A DNA stretch of 25,442 bases from Acidimicrobiales bacterium (GTDB lineage: Bacteria > Actinomycetota > Acidimicrobiia > Acidimicrobiales > JAUJNH01). Where the stretch lies: positions 1 to 25,442 of the forward strand of contig JBKJUI010000450.1 in the NCBI GenBank assembly GCA_046590775.1, written 5' to 3'. The translations under genes and the position numbers were made by a program. This document shows positions 8,302 through 16,103 of this stretch, piece after piece; position 1 is the stretch's first letter; every line of letters starts with the position of its first letter. The notes under the pieces were generated by a model, which saw only the letters and a program-made list of their open reading frames with translations, was not told where the DNA came from and ran no database searches.

Positions 8302-9138
8302 GTGCAGGTGCTGGACCGGCTCACGAATGGGCGAGATGCCCTCTCCCCGGCGGAGCGCCGGGTGGCGGAGGTGGTGGTGGACGATCCCACCCTGGTCGCC
8401 TTCGGGACCGTCGCCCGACTCGCCGCCGCCGCTGGCGCGTCGCCGCCCACCGTCGTGCGCCTGGCCCGCCGCCTGGGCTACCGGGGCTTCGTCGAGCTGC
8501 AGGGCGCGGTCCAGGCCGACCTGGCCGGCCGGCTCTCCCCGGCGGCGGAGCGGATTCGGGCTCGGCCCGCCCCCTCACCGCTGGCCGCCACCCTCGCCCT
8601 CGACCTTGAGAACGTCCACGCCACGCTGGCGGGGGTGGACGAGGCGATGTTCGCCGCCGCCGTGCGGTCGCTGGTCCGCAGCCGCCAGGTCCTGGTGGTG
8701 GCCGCCGACGACCTGCGCGGCATCGCCGCCGAGGTGGCCCTGCAGCTCGGCGCCCTCCGCCCGGGCGTGGCTCTGGCGCCAGCGTCGGCCGTCGGCATCG
8801 GTCGGGCGGTGGCCGGCCTGGACCGCTCGGCCTGCCTGGTGGCCCTCGACCTCCGGCGCTACGAGCGCACGGTGTCCGAGGCCGGTCGCCTGGCGGCCAA
8901 GGGCGGCGCCGCCGTCGTGGCGCTCACGGACTCGCCCCTGTCCCCGCTCGCCGCCATCGCCAGCCAGGCCTTCTCCGTGGTGGCGGCCGGGCCGGGCCCC
9001 TTCGACAGCCACGTCGGCTTCCTCTCGCTCGGCAACGCCCTCCTGAACGCCGCCGCCGCCGCCCTGCGCTCCACGGCCACCGACCGCCTCACCGCCACCG
9101 AGGCGGCGTGGTCCGAGCTAACGCCCTTCGTAACCTGA
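8302..9138 (+). CDS. MurR/RpiR family transcriptional regulator (HTH + SIS domain)
   Basis: LSPAERRVAEVVVDDP...TVARLAAAAGASPPTVVRLARRLGYRGFVELQ (RpiR HTH) and SIS-like VVALTDSPLSPLA...GPFDS. Start placed at GTG 8302 rather than ORF-track 8212, which would overlap the ALDH gene. Confidence 0.92.
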   Translation: MQVLDRLTNGRDALSPAERRVAEVVVDDPTLVAFGTVARLAAAAGASPPTVVRLARRLGYRGFVELQGAVQADLAGRLSPAAERIRARPAPSPLAATLALDLENVHATLAGVDEAMFAAAVRSLVRSRQVLVVAADDLRGIAAEVALQLGALRPGVALAPASAVGIGRAVAGLDRSACLVALDLRRYERTVSEAGRLAAKGGAAVVALTDSPLSPLAAIASQAFSVVAAGPGPFDSHVGFLSLGNALLNAAAAALRSTATDRLTATEAAWSELTPFVT

Positions 9139-9148
9139 CAGCGGGTGG

Positions 9149-9176
9149 TTGACGGCGGGCCGCGGCCTCTTATGGT
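9149..9176 (+). promoter_or_regulatory. sigma70-type promoter candidate upstream of hemH
   Basis: TTGACG (9149-9154), 16-nt spacer, TATGGT (9171-9176). Confidence 0.5.
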
Positions 9177-9242
9177 CGAGCTGTCGGCTCACGGCGGGCA
9201 TTGTCGGAACCCATCCTCGGCCCACTGCGACAGGATGCCCAC

Positions 9243-10217
9243 GTGAACGCTCCTGTGCCTCCCGACTGCGTGCTCGTCGCCTCGTTCGGGGGGCCGGAGG
9301 GGCCCGACGACGTGCTTCCCTTCCTCGAGCACGTCGTGGCGGGGCGCGGCGTCCCCCGGACCCGGCTCGAGAAGGTGGCCGAGCAGTACCAGCTCTTCGG
9401 CGGGCGGAGCCCCCTGAACGATCACAACCGGGCGCTGGTCGCCGCCCTCGGTGAGGTGCTGGACCTGCCGGTGGCCTGGGGCAACCGGCACTGGCACCCG
9501 TTCCTCGAGGAGGCCGTCGCCGGCCTGGCTGCCGACGGGCGCCGGCATGCCCTGGTGTTCGCCACGTCGGCGTACGCGGGTCCGTCGTCCTGCCGGGCCT
9601 ATCGACTGGCCGTCGACGAGGCGTGCCGCTCCGTGGGGCCGGCGGCGCCTGCGGTGACCAAGCTCCCCCACTACTGGGACAGACCCGGGTTCCTGGACCC
9701 GCTGGCCGACGGCCTGGCCCTCGCCCTCGAGCAGCTGCCTGCCAACAGTGCTGTCGCCTTCTGCGCCCACAGCGTGCCGCGAGACCAGGCCGAGGCCGAG
9801 CAGGTGGGCGGCGGGTACGTCGCCCAGCTCACCGAGGCCAGCGACCGCCTGGCGTGGCGCGTGGGCGCCGGTCAGTGGGACGTCGTCTACCAGTCGCGCA
9901 GCGGGCCACCGAGCCAGCCCTGGCTCGAGCCGGACGTGAACGACCACCTGCGGCGCCTGGCCGCCGCGGGGGTACCCGGCGTGGCCCTCTGCCCGGTGGG
10001 CTTCACGTCGGATCACATGGAGGTCCTCTACGACCTGGACACCCAGGCCCGGGCCACGGCCGCCGAGGTGGGGCTGGCCTTCGCCCGGTCGGCCACCGCC
10101 GGCACCGATCCACGCTTCGTGGCCATGGTGGCCGACCTGGTGCACGAGGCCGTGGCCGCCGGCGTGCCGCCCGACCTCGACCCGGCCTGCCGGCCCGGCT
10201 GCTGCAACGCGCTCTAA
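9243..10217 (+). CDS. hemH: ferrochelatase (probably coproporphyrin ferrochelatase, as in Actinobacteria)
   Basis: SFGGPEGPDDVLPFL, FGGRSPLN, WGNRHWHPF, FCAHSVP, YQSRSGPPSQPWLEPDV and GFTSDHMEVLYDLD. Start is GTG 9243 or TTG 9201. Confidence 0.95.
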   Translation: MNAPVPPDCVLVASFGGPEGPDDVLPFLEHVVAGRGVPRTRLEKVAEQYQLFGGRSPLNDHNRALVAALGEVLDLPVAWGNRHWHPFLEEAVAGLAADGRRHALVFATSAYAGPSSCRAYRLAVDEACRSVGPAAPAVTKLPHYWDRPGFLDPLADGLALALEQLPANSAVAFCAHSVPRDQAEAEQVGGGYVAQLTEASDRLAWRVGAGQWDVVYQSRSGPPSQPWLEPDVNDHLRRLAAAGVPGVALCPVGFTSDHMEVLYDLDTQARATAAEVGLAFARSATAGTDPRFVAMVADLVHEAVAAGVPPDLDPACRPGCCNAL

Positions 10218-10236
10218 GGCAGGCTCGGCCCTGCCT
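10217..10236. terminator. GC-rich hairpin between convergent hemH and lipoprotein genes
   Basis: AGGCAGG-ctcggc-CCTGCCT, a 7-bp stem directly at the hemH stop, with no U-tract. Confidence 0.45.
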
Positions 10237-10251
10237 CCAGAGCCGGCGGGC

Positions 10252-10851
10252 TCAGCCCTTGAGGGTGGCGGCCAGCTTCTTGGCGGTGCTCGTCAGCTTG
10301 TCGGACGCGACGCCGCCCTGCGCGGCCACCACGGCCACCGAGGCCGCGCCTCCGCCCGGCAGGTCCGCCGTGGCCGCCGAGGCCGACCCTGAGGGGGCGA
10401 CGACGGCATCGCCGGGCTTGGCCCCCTTGGCTGCGTCGACGAGCGCCTCCGCCGCGGCCGAGTCGAGGCCGGCGTCCTGCAGTGGTCTCGCCAGAGCACC
10501 GACGGCGGCGGCGGTCTCCTGACCCTCGGGAACGGCGACGACGACGAGGGTCACCGGCTTCCCGCCCATCTGGTACTCGCATCGGTACGAGGCACCGCGC
10601 ACGGCGAGGAGCGGGCTCCCGGCCGGTGCCTTGCCGACCGACGTGCCCGCCGCACTGTTGCTGGGCGAACGGGGCTGCACGTCGCCTCCGAACGCCTTTG
10701 CGAAGTCGAGGTCGAGCGGACAGCGCGTCGGGTTGGTCTCGGCGAGCAGGGCGGCGTCCTGGAGCCGACGCACGGCCACACCAGTGCCTCCGCCGTCTCC
10801 CCCGCAGGCCGCCGGCAGGACCGCCATGGCCAGCGATATGGCCAGCCCCAT
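10252..10851 (-). CDS. hypothetical lipoprotein
   Basis: C-terminal 199 aa of the artefactual 1048-aa ORF. Begins [22 protein letters not shown] (hydrophobic stretch, lipobox-like Cys, Gly linker) 8 nt after the thiolase stop. The start could lie slightly upstream. Confidence 0.7.
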   Translation of the reverse strand: MGLAISLAMAVLPAACGGDGGGTGVAVRRLQDAALLAETNPTRCPLDLDFAKAFGGDVQPRSPSNSAAGTSVGKAPAGSPLLAVRGASYRCEYQMGGKPVTLVVVAVPEGQETAAAVGALARPLQDAGLDSAAAEALVDAAKGAKPGDAVVAPSGSASAATADLPGGGAASVAVVAAQGGVASDKLTSTAKKLAATLKG

Positions 10852-10859
10852 GGCGCGCC

Positions 10860-12065
10860 TCAGGAGACCCGCTCCACGATCATGGCCATCCCCTGGCCGC
10901 CCCCGACGCACATCGTCTCGAGCCCGATCCGCTTGTCGTGGTGCTCCAGGTTGTTCAGGAGCGTGGTCATGATCCGCGCTCCCGTCATCCCAAAGGGATG
11001 GCCGAGGGCGATGGCGCCACCGGCCACGTTCAGCTTGTCCCACTCGACGCCGAGGGCCCGGGCCGACGGGATCACCTGGGCGGCGAAGGCCTCGTTCAGC
11101 TCGACGAGGTCGATGTCGTCGATGGTCATTCCGGCGCGCCGGAGCGCCTGACGGGAAGCCTCGACCGGGCCGAGGCCCATGATCTCGGGATCGAGGGCGC
11201 TCACCCCCGTGGCCACGATGCGGGCCAGCGGGGTGACCCCGTGCTGGCGAGCCTTGGTGTCGCTCAGGACGATGACGGCGGCGGCGCCGTCGTTCAGCGG
11301 GCAGGCGTTGCCGGCGGTGACCTTGCCGTCGGCGCGGAACACCGGCTTCAGCTGGGCCAGGCCCTCGGTGGTGGTGCCGGGCCTCGGACCGTCGTCCTTG
11401 GCCACGACCGTGCCGTCGGCCTTTTGGACCGGCGTGATCTCCCGCTCGAAGAAGCCGATCTCCTGGCTGTGCACCGCCCGGTTCTGCGAGAGGGCGGCGA
11501 ACTCGTCCATCTCCTCGCGGGTGACGCTCTCGATCTCGGCCACGTTCTCGGCGGTCTGCCCCATGTCGATGTAGATGTCCGGAAGGCCGTCGGGGGGCGT
11601 CCACGTCGAGCCACCCGCCGCTCGCTCCTCGGAGCGCTTGGCCGCTTCGGCGAACTGCGGGTTCTTGGCCGAGCCGACGTCGCTGGTGCCGGCCCCGAAG
11701 CGGCTGACCGTCTCGACACCGGCGGCCACGAACACGTCGCCCTCGCCGGCCCGGATCGCGTGCATGGCCATGCGCATGGTCTGGAGCGAGGAAGAGCAGT
11801 AGCGGGTGACGGTCGTTCCCGGCACCCCCTCCATCCCAGCCAGGATCGCCACCACCCGGGCCATGTTGAACCCCTGCTCGCCGCCGGGGAGGCCGCAGCC
11901 GAGCATCAGGTCCTCGACCGAGGCGGGATCGACCTCGGGGACCTTGGCCAGCGCCTCTTTCACGATGAAGGCGGCCAGGTCGTCGGGGCGCTGGTCGATG
12001 AGAGATCCCTTGAAGGCGCGACCGATCGGGGTGCGCGCCGCGGCGACGATGACGGCCTCGGGCAT
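10860..12065 (-). CDS. acetyl-CoA C-acyltransferase (thiolase)
   Basis: [20 protein letters not shown] (nucleophile Cys), [18 protein letters not shown] and [13 protein letters not shown] at 12065. Confidence 0.96.
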   Translation of the reverse strand: MPEAVIVAAARTPIGRAFKGSLIDQRPDDLAAFIVKEALAKVPEVDPASVEDLMLGCGLPGGEQGFNMARVVAILAGMEGVPGTTVTRYCSSSLQTMRMAMHAIRAGEGDVFVAAGVETVSRFGAGTSDVGSAKNPQFAEAAKRSEERAAGGSTWTPPDGLPDIYIDMGQTAENVAEIESVTREEMDEFAALSQNRAVHSQEIGFFEREITPVQKADGTVVAKDDGPRPGTTTEGLAQLKPVFRADGKVTAGNACPLNDGAAAVIVLSDTKARQHGVTPLARIVATGVSALDPEIMGLGPVEASRQALRRAGMTIDDIDLVELNEAFAAQVIPSARALGVEWDKLNVAGGAIALGHPFGMTGARIMTTLLNNLEHHDKRIGLETMCVGGGQGMAMIVERVS

Positions 12066-12073
12066 GGGCCGGG

Positions 12074-12135
12074 ACGCTACTCGCACCGGTTGGATCCGAA
12101 GATCCGCGTCGTCCCGCCGCGGGCCCTCCTAGTGT
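12074..12135. promoter_or_regulatory. divergent candidate -10 boxes for thiolase (TAGCGT, minus, 12079-12074) and fucosidase (TAGTGT, plus, 12130-12135)
   Basis: TANNNT hexamers 8 and 9 nt upstream of the respective ATGs, with no SD motifs. Confidence 0.45.
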
Positions 12136-12144
12136 CCGGACGCC

Positions 12145-13503
12145 ATGACCCCGTTCCTCGGACGGCCCCTGCCGGCGTGGTGGAGCGACGCCGGTCTCGG
12201 CATCCTCGTGCACTGGGGGCCGTACTCGGTGCCCGCCTGGGCCCCTGTCGGGCCCGATCCGTTCACCGTCGCCGAGACCGACGGGTGGGGTGAGGCGCTG
12301 CGCCGGTCGCCCTATGCCGAGTGGTACTGGAACAGCCTGGAGCTCGAGGACTCGAGCGTCGCCGCCCACCACGCCGCCGCCCACGCCGGCAGCTCCTACG
12401 ACAGCTTCGCCGCCGACTTCGCCGCAGCCAGCGCCGGCATCGACGCCGACTCGTGGGCCGACCTCTTCGCCCGGGCCGGTGCCGGCTACGTGGTCCTCAC
12501 GGCGAAGCACCACGACGGCTTCCTCCTGTGGGACGCCTCGACGGTGAACCCCCATCGCGGGGCGGCATGGCAGGCCGACGAGGACCTGGTGGGCGAGGTG
12601 GCGGCGGCAACCCGGCGGCGGGGGCTGCGCTTCGGGGCGTACTACTCCGGAGGCCTCGACTGGACGTTCGGGGGCCTGGGCATCGACTCGGTCGACGCCC
12701 TCCAGGCTGCGCTCCCCACCGACCCGGCCTACGCGGCTTACGTCCGCGCCCACTGGCTCGAGCTGATCGAGCGCCACCATCCCGACGTGCTCTGGAACGA
12801 CGTCCGCCACCCGGGTGGATCCGACGATGCCCACGAGCTCTTCGCCCGGTTCTACCGAGAGGTTCCCGACGGGGTGGTGAACGACCGGTTCGACCTCCTC
12901 GGCGTCGCCGCCGGCAGCGCCCACGCCGACATCGTCACCCCGGAGCACCGCGCCCTCTCGGGCGTGCCCCGCCGGCCCTTCGAGGTGTCCCGGCCGCTCG
13001 GCGGCAGCTTCGGCTGGAACCGGGCCGAGAAGGAGGACGACCTCCTGACCACCGGGGATCTGGTCGACCTGCTCGTCGACGTCCGCAGCCGGGGCGGCAA
13101 CCTGCTGCTCGGCGTCGGACCGACCGCCCACGGCTCGATCCCCAGGCTCCAACGCCAGCGGCTCGAGGGCCTGGCCGCGTGGATGGATGTCGCCCGCGAG
13201 GCGGTGGTCGGCGCCCGGCCCTGGGAGCTTCCGGTGCTCGCCACCTCCGACGACCGCGTGGCCCGGGCCACCACCGCCGGCGGGTCCCTCTACCTCACCT
13301 TGTGCGGCCCCGGGCGCAGCAGCCGCGTCGGCATCACCGGTCTGCCCCTGCCGCCCGGGCATGACGTCCGCCTCCTCGGCCACGGCGAGCTCCGGCATCG
13401 CTCAACCGAGGGCTCGCTGGTGGTCGACCTCCCTCCCTCGGCTCCGGGCCCGCCCGTGCTGTGCATCACCCCGGCGCCGCAGCTGCGCCTGCCCGGGGGC
13501 TGA
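12145..13503 (+). CDS. alpha-L-fucosidase (glycoside hydrolase family 29)
   Basis: HWGPYSVPAW, YAEWY, VVLTAKHHDGF, FGAYYSGGLDW, nucleophile Asp in VLWND, and SRGGNLLLGVGP. No signal peptide seen. Confidence 0.92.
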   Translation: MTPFLGRPLPAWWSDAGLGILVHWGPYSVPAWAPVGPDPFTVAETDGWGEALRRSPYAEWYWNSLELEDSSVAAHHAAAHAGSSYDSFAADFAAASAGIDADSWADLFARAGAGYVVLTAKHHDGFLLWDASTVNPHRGAAWQADEDLVGEVAAATRRRGLRFGAYYSGGLDWTFGGLGIDSVDALQAALPTDPAYAAYVRAHWLELIERHHPDVLWNDVRHPGGSDDAHELFARFYREVPDGVVNDRFDLLGVAAGSAHADIVTPEHRALSGVPRRPFEVSRPLGGSFGWNRAEKEDDLLTTGDLVDLLVDVRSRGGNLLLGVGPTAHGSIPRLQRQRLEGLAAWMDVAREAVVGARPWELPVLATSDDRVARATTAGGSLYLTLCGPGRSSRVGITGLPLPPGHDVRLLGHGELRHRSTEGSLVVDLPPSAPGPPVLCITPAPQLRLPGG

Positions 13504-13695
13504 TCGGTCCATCGCCCAGGCAAGGTCCGTGGCGCATGCGAGCATGCCTTCAGCATCGACGCCAAGCACGGCGCGCCCGACTTCGCCCGCGACGTGGCCT
13601 TCCAAAAGATCACCGCCCGGGTCGAGGGCACCCGGATGGCTTCGGAGCAGCTCGAGGTCCGATCGATGTTAAAGGCGCCGGCTGGGCCCATAGCC

Positions 13696-14664
13696 TCAGC
13701 CGGCGTCTCCCACACCTCGAGAGTTTTCCTTGCGCTCCGATCGCCGTGCGCTCCACATGGTGTGCTCGCGGCTGATGGCGTTCTCCGCCTCGTCCACGAA
13801 CGCGGCCCACTCGGCCTCGGCGCCGACGGCCGGGAGGAGGTCGGCGATACTGGCGAGTTCGAGGGCGGCGACGGTGTAGGCGCTGGCGAGGGTGTCGTGC
13901 TGCTTGGTCTGGAGGTAGGCGGTGGCTCCCGCCACCACGGCCGCGACCACGGGAAGCAGGTCGAGCGGGAGATTGGTGGTGGCCTTCAGGACGGCGCCGA
14001 GGGCGCCGGCGGCCTCGACACCCAGCAGGAAGGCGTTCCAGCGATCAGCGCAGCGCTTGTTCCAGCGCGCCTTGCGGGCGTACCAGTCCCGCTGCTGCTG
14101 GATCCTGCCCCCGGCGTACACCGCTTTGCGCGCGTCGAGCGAGAGGCCGCGCAGGCCTCGCATGCCATCGGTGATCTGGCGCCCGCCCTCAGCGCTCGGG
14201 ACGAGCTCGAGGTCGCGCAGGTCGACGGGGAGGTCCCGCAGCCGGCCTATGAGCTCGGCGTCGGCGGCGGCCCACGTACCGTCGGGCTTGAGCGGGAACG
14301 GCTTTCCCCCGACTGCGTAGCGCCACGCCATCGTCCTGGCCGACTCGGCCGCAGCCCGTCCGTCGTACCAGGAGCGTTCGAGCTTTCGCCGCTGCATGCC
14401 GGCGCGGAGCACGCCGGCGAGGGCGAAGGCGGAAGCGGCCACGATGGCGGCGACGTCGGTGCCCGTGCCCGGCCAGCGCCACGTGAAGGCACCGAAGGCG
14501 GCGGCCACGGCGAGGGCCACGAGCTGGATTCGCATGCTGGTGAGGAACCGGGCCTGCGCGGCCAGCGAGCTCTGGTCGGCGGCGCGGAAGACCTCCGGCA
14601 GATCCGGGTCAGAGAGGCCGGTGGGCTGCGGCCCGGATGACCCGCCGCCGCCCGCTCCTGCCAT
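13696..14664 (-). CDS. tandem SLATT-domain (DUF4231-like) 4-TM membrane effector
   Basis: Two 2-TM units, each preceded or followed by conserved polar motifs: AADQSSLAAQARF-TM-TM-WYDGRAAAESARTMAWRYAVGGKPF and YAGGRIQQQRDWYARKARWN-TM-TM-LASAYTVAALEL...VDEAENAISREHTMW. Pattern recalled as SLATT_3 + SLATT_1 and needs HMM confirmation. ATG 14664. Confidence 0.82.
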   Translation of the reverse strand: MAGAGGGGSSGPQPTGLSDPDLPEVFRAADQSSLAAQARFLTSMRIQLVALAVAAAFGAFTWRWPGTGTDVAAIVAASAFALAGVLRAGMQRRKLERSWYDGRAAAESARTMAWRYAVGGKPFPLKPDGTWAAADAELIGRLRDLPVDLRDLELVPSAEGGRQITDGMRGLRGLSLDARKAVYAGGRIQQQRDWYARKARWNKRCADRWNAFLLGVEAAGALGAVLKATTNLPLDLLPVVAAVVAGATAYLQTKQHDTLASAYTVAALELASIADLLPAVGAEAEWAAFVDEAENAISREHTMWSARRSERKENSRGVGDAG

Positions 14665-14670
14665 GCCAAG

Positions 14671-14676
14671 ATCGTA
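14671..14676 (-). promoter_or_regulatory. -10 box (TACGAT) for leaderless SLATT transcript
   Basis: Minus strand reads TACGAT-cttggc-ATG, a 6-nt spacing to ATG 14664. Confidence 0.6.
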
Positions 14677-14754
14677 ACCAGGAGCCCGATGAGGACGCTC
14701 GTGCCGCCGCAATGCCCGGGTACGTCATCGCCCGGTCTGGCTGAGGAGATCGCC

Positions 14755-16047
14755 ATGGCAGACAAGATGTGCTTCGTCATCATGGGCTTCGGCACGAAGA
14801 CCGATTTCGTAACCGGCCGCTCCCTCGACCTCGACAAGTCCTACCGGACCCTCATCCGACCTGCCGTAGAGAATGCCGGCCTCAGATGCGTGCGAGCCGA
14901 CGAGATCGTTCACGCCGGCTCGATCGACGTCACGATGTACCGGCACCTCCTCAACGCCGACCTCGTGATCGCCGACATCTCGACGTGCAACCCCAACGCC
15001 CTCTACGAGCTGGGCGTCCGCCACGCCCTGCGGCCGTTCACCACCATCACCATCGCCGAGGACAAGATCACCTACCCCTTCGACGTCAGCCACATCGCGA
15101 TCCGCCACTACCAGCACCTCGGTCAGGGGATCGACTTCGAGGAGGCCGTCCGCTTCCGCGGCGAGCTCACCTCGGCCATCCAAACCCTGCTGGAGCGTCC
15201 CGAGCCCGACAGCCCGGTGTACAGCAGCGTCAGCGGGCTGAATCCGCCGATCATCGAGCTGGTGGCCAAAGCAGAAGCCGCCGCCACCGAGCCTCCCGCT
15301 CCCGAGTCGGACGTGACCCTCAGCGTCCTCACCCAGCGAGCCGAGGCGGCCCTCGCCGCAAGCCGGTTCGACGAGGCGAAAATGCTGTTCTCGGCGGCCC
15401 GGGTCATCCGCGACGACCCGTTCCTGGTCCAGCGGCTGGCCCTGGCCACCTACAAGAGCCGCTCGCCGAGCGACGCCGAGGCCCTGGAGGCACTGGAGGA
15501 GGCCAAGGCCATCCTGAGGGGGCTTGACCCCGAGGTGTCGAACGACCCCGAGACGCTGGGCCTTTGGGGGGCGGTCCACAAGCGGCTCTGGAGCGCCACG
15601 GGCGGGCACGACCACCTTGACACAGCCATCCTGGCCTACGAGCGGGGCTTCGACATCCGAAACGACTACTACAACGGGATCAACCTGGCCTTCCTGCTCA
15701 ACCTGCGGGCCACCGTCTCGTCGCCCGCCGAGCAGATCGCAGACTTCGTGAACGCCGAGCGAGTTCGCCGACGGGTGATTCCCCTGTGCGAGCGACAGCT
15801 GCCCATCGCCGCCTCCCCACCAGAGCGCTACTGGCTCCAGGCCACCCTGGCCGAGGCCCACCTGGGCATCGGGGACGAGCCAACCGGTGCAGCGTGGCTG
15901 GAGCGGGCGAGGCGAGAACCGGTGGCGGCCTGGATGTTCGACACGACGCAGAAACAGCTCGCCGAGCTCCGGGAGCTCCTGAAACCCTCGCCGCTGGAGA
16001 TGATCCGGACCTCGTTCCCCGGAGCGGGCCGAGCCGGCTCGCGGTAG
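14755..16047 (+). CDS. nucleoside deoxyribosyltransferase/deoxyribohydrolase-like domain + TPR-S (MAP3K TRAF-binding/DUF4071-like) protein
   Basis: N-term CFVIMGFG...LIRPAVENAGLRCVRADE...ADLVIADISTCNPNALYELGVRHAL (NDT-like fold, Glu codon 15007-15009). C-term helical repeats FLVQRLALATYK, DPETLGLWGAVHKRLW, AYERGFDIRNDYYNGINLAFL, YWLQATLAEAHL. SD GAGGAG 6 nt before ATG 14755. Confidence 0.8.
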   Translation: MADKMCFVIMGFGTKTDFVTGRSLDLDKSYRTLIRPAVENAGLRCVRADEIVHAGSIDVTMYRHLLNADLVIADISTCNPNALYELGVRHALRPFTTITIAEDKITYPFDVSHIAIRHYQHLGQGIDFEEAVRFRGELTSAIQTLLERPEPDSPVYSSVSGLNPPIIELVAKAEAAATEPPAPESDVTLSVLTQRAEAALAASRFDEAKMLFSAARVIRDDPFLVQRLALATYKSRSPSDAEALEALEEAKAILRGLDPEVSNDPETLGLWGAVHKRLWSATGGHDHLDTAILAYERGFDIRNDYYNGINLAFLLNLRATVSSPAEQIADFVNAERVRRRVIPLCERQLPIAASPPERYWLQATLAEAHLGIGDEPTGAAWLERARREPVAAWMFDTTQKQLAELRELLKPSPLEMIRTSFPGAGRAGSR

Positions 16048-16103
16048 CAGTCGATCATCTCGTGCAAGATGAGCTTGCGACGTCTTGGTCGTCGTGAGAA
16101 AGG

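Noticed and set aside
12092-12105. GGATC-CGAA-GATCC palindrome between thiolase and fucosidase as an operator
   Set aside because: Only a 5-bp arm, no second copy in the window and no adjacent regulator.
10252-13398. 1048-aa minus-strand ORF
   Set aside because: High-GC shadow ORF: antisense to the fucosidase, off-frame through the thiolase, and only its last 199 aa (lipoprotein) look real.
13501-13700. Stop-codon readthrough extending the fucosidase
   Set aside because: The GH29 protein looks complete at TGA 13503 and no recoding signal is evident. Treated as a possible remnant instead.
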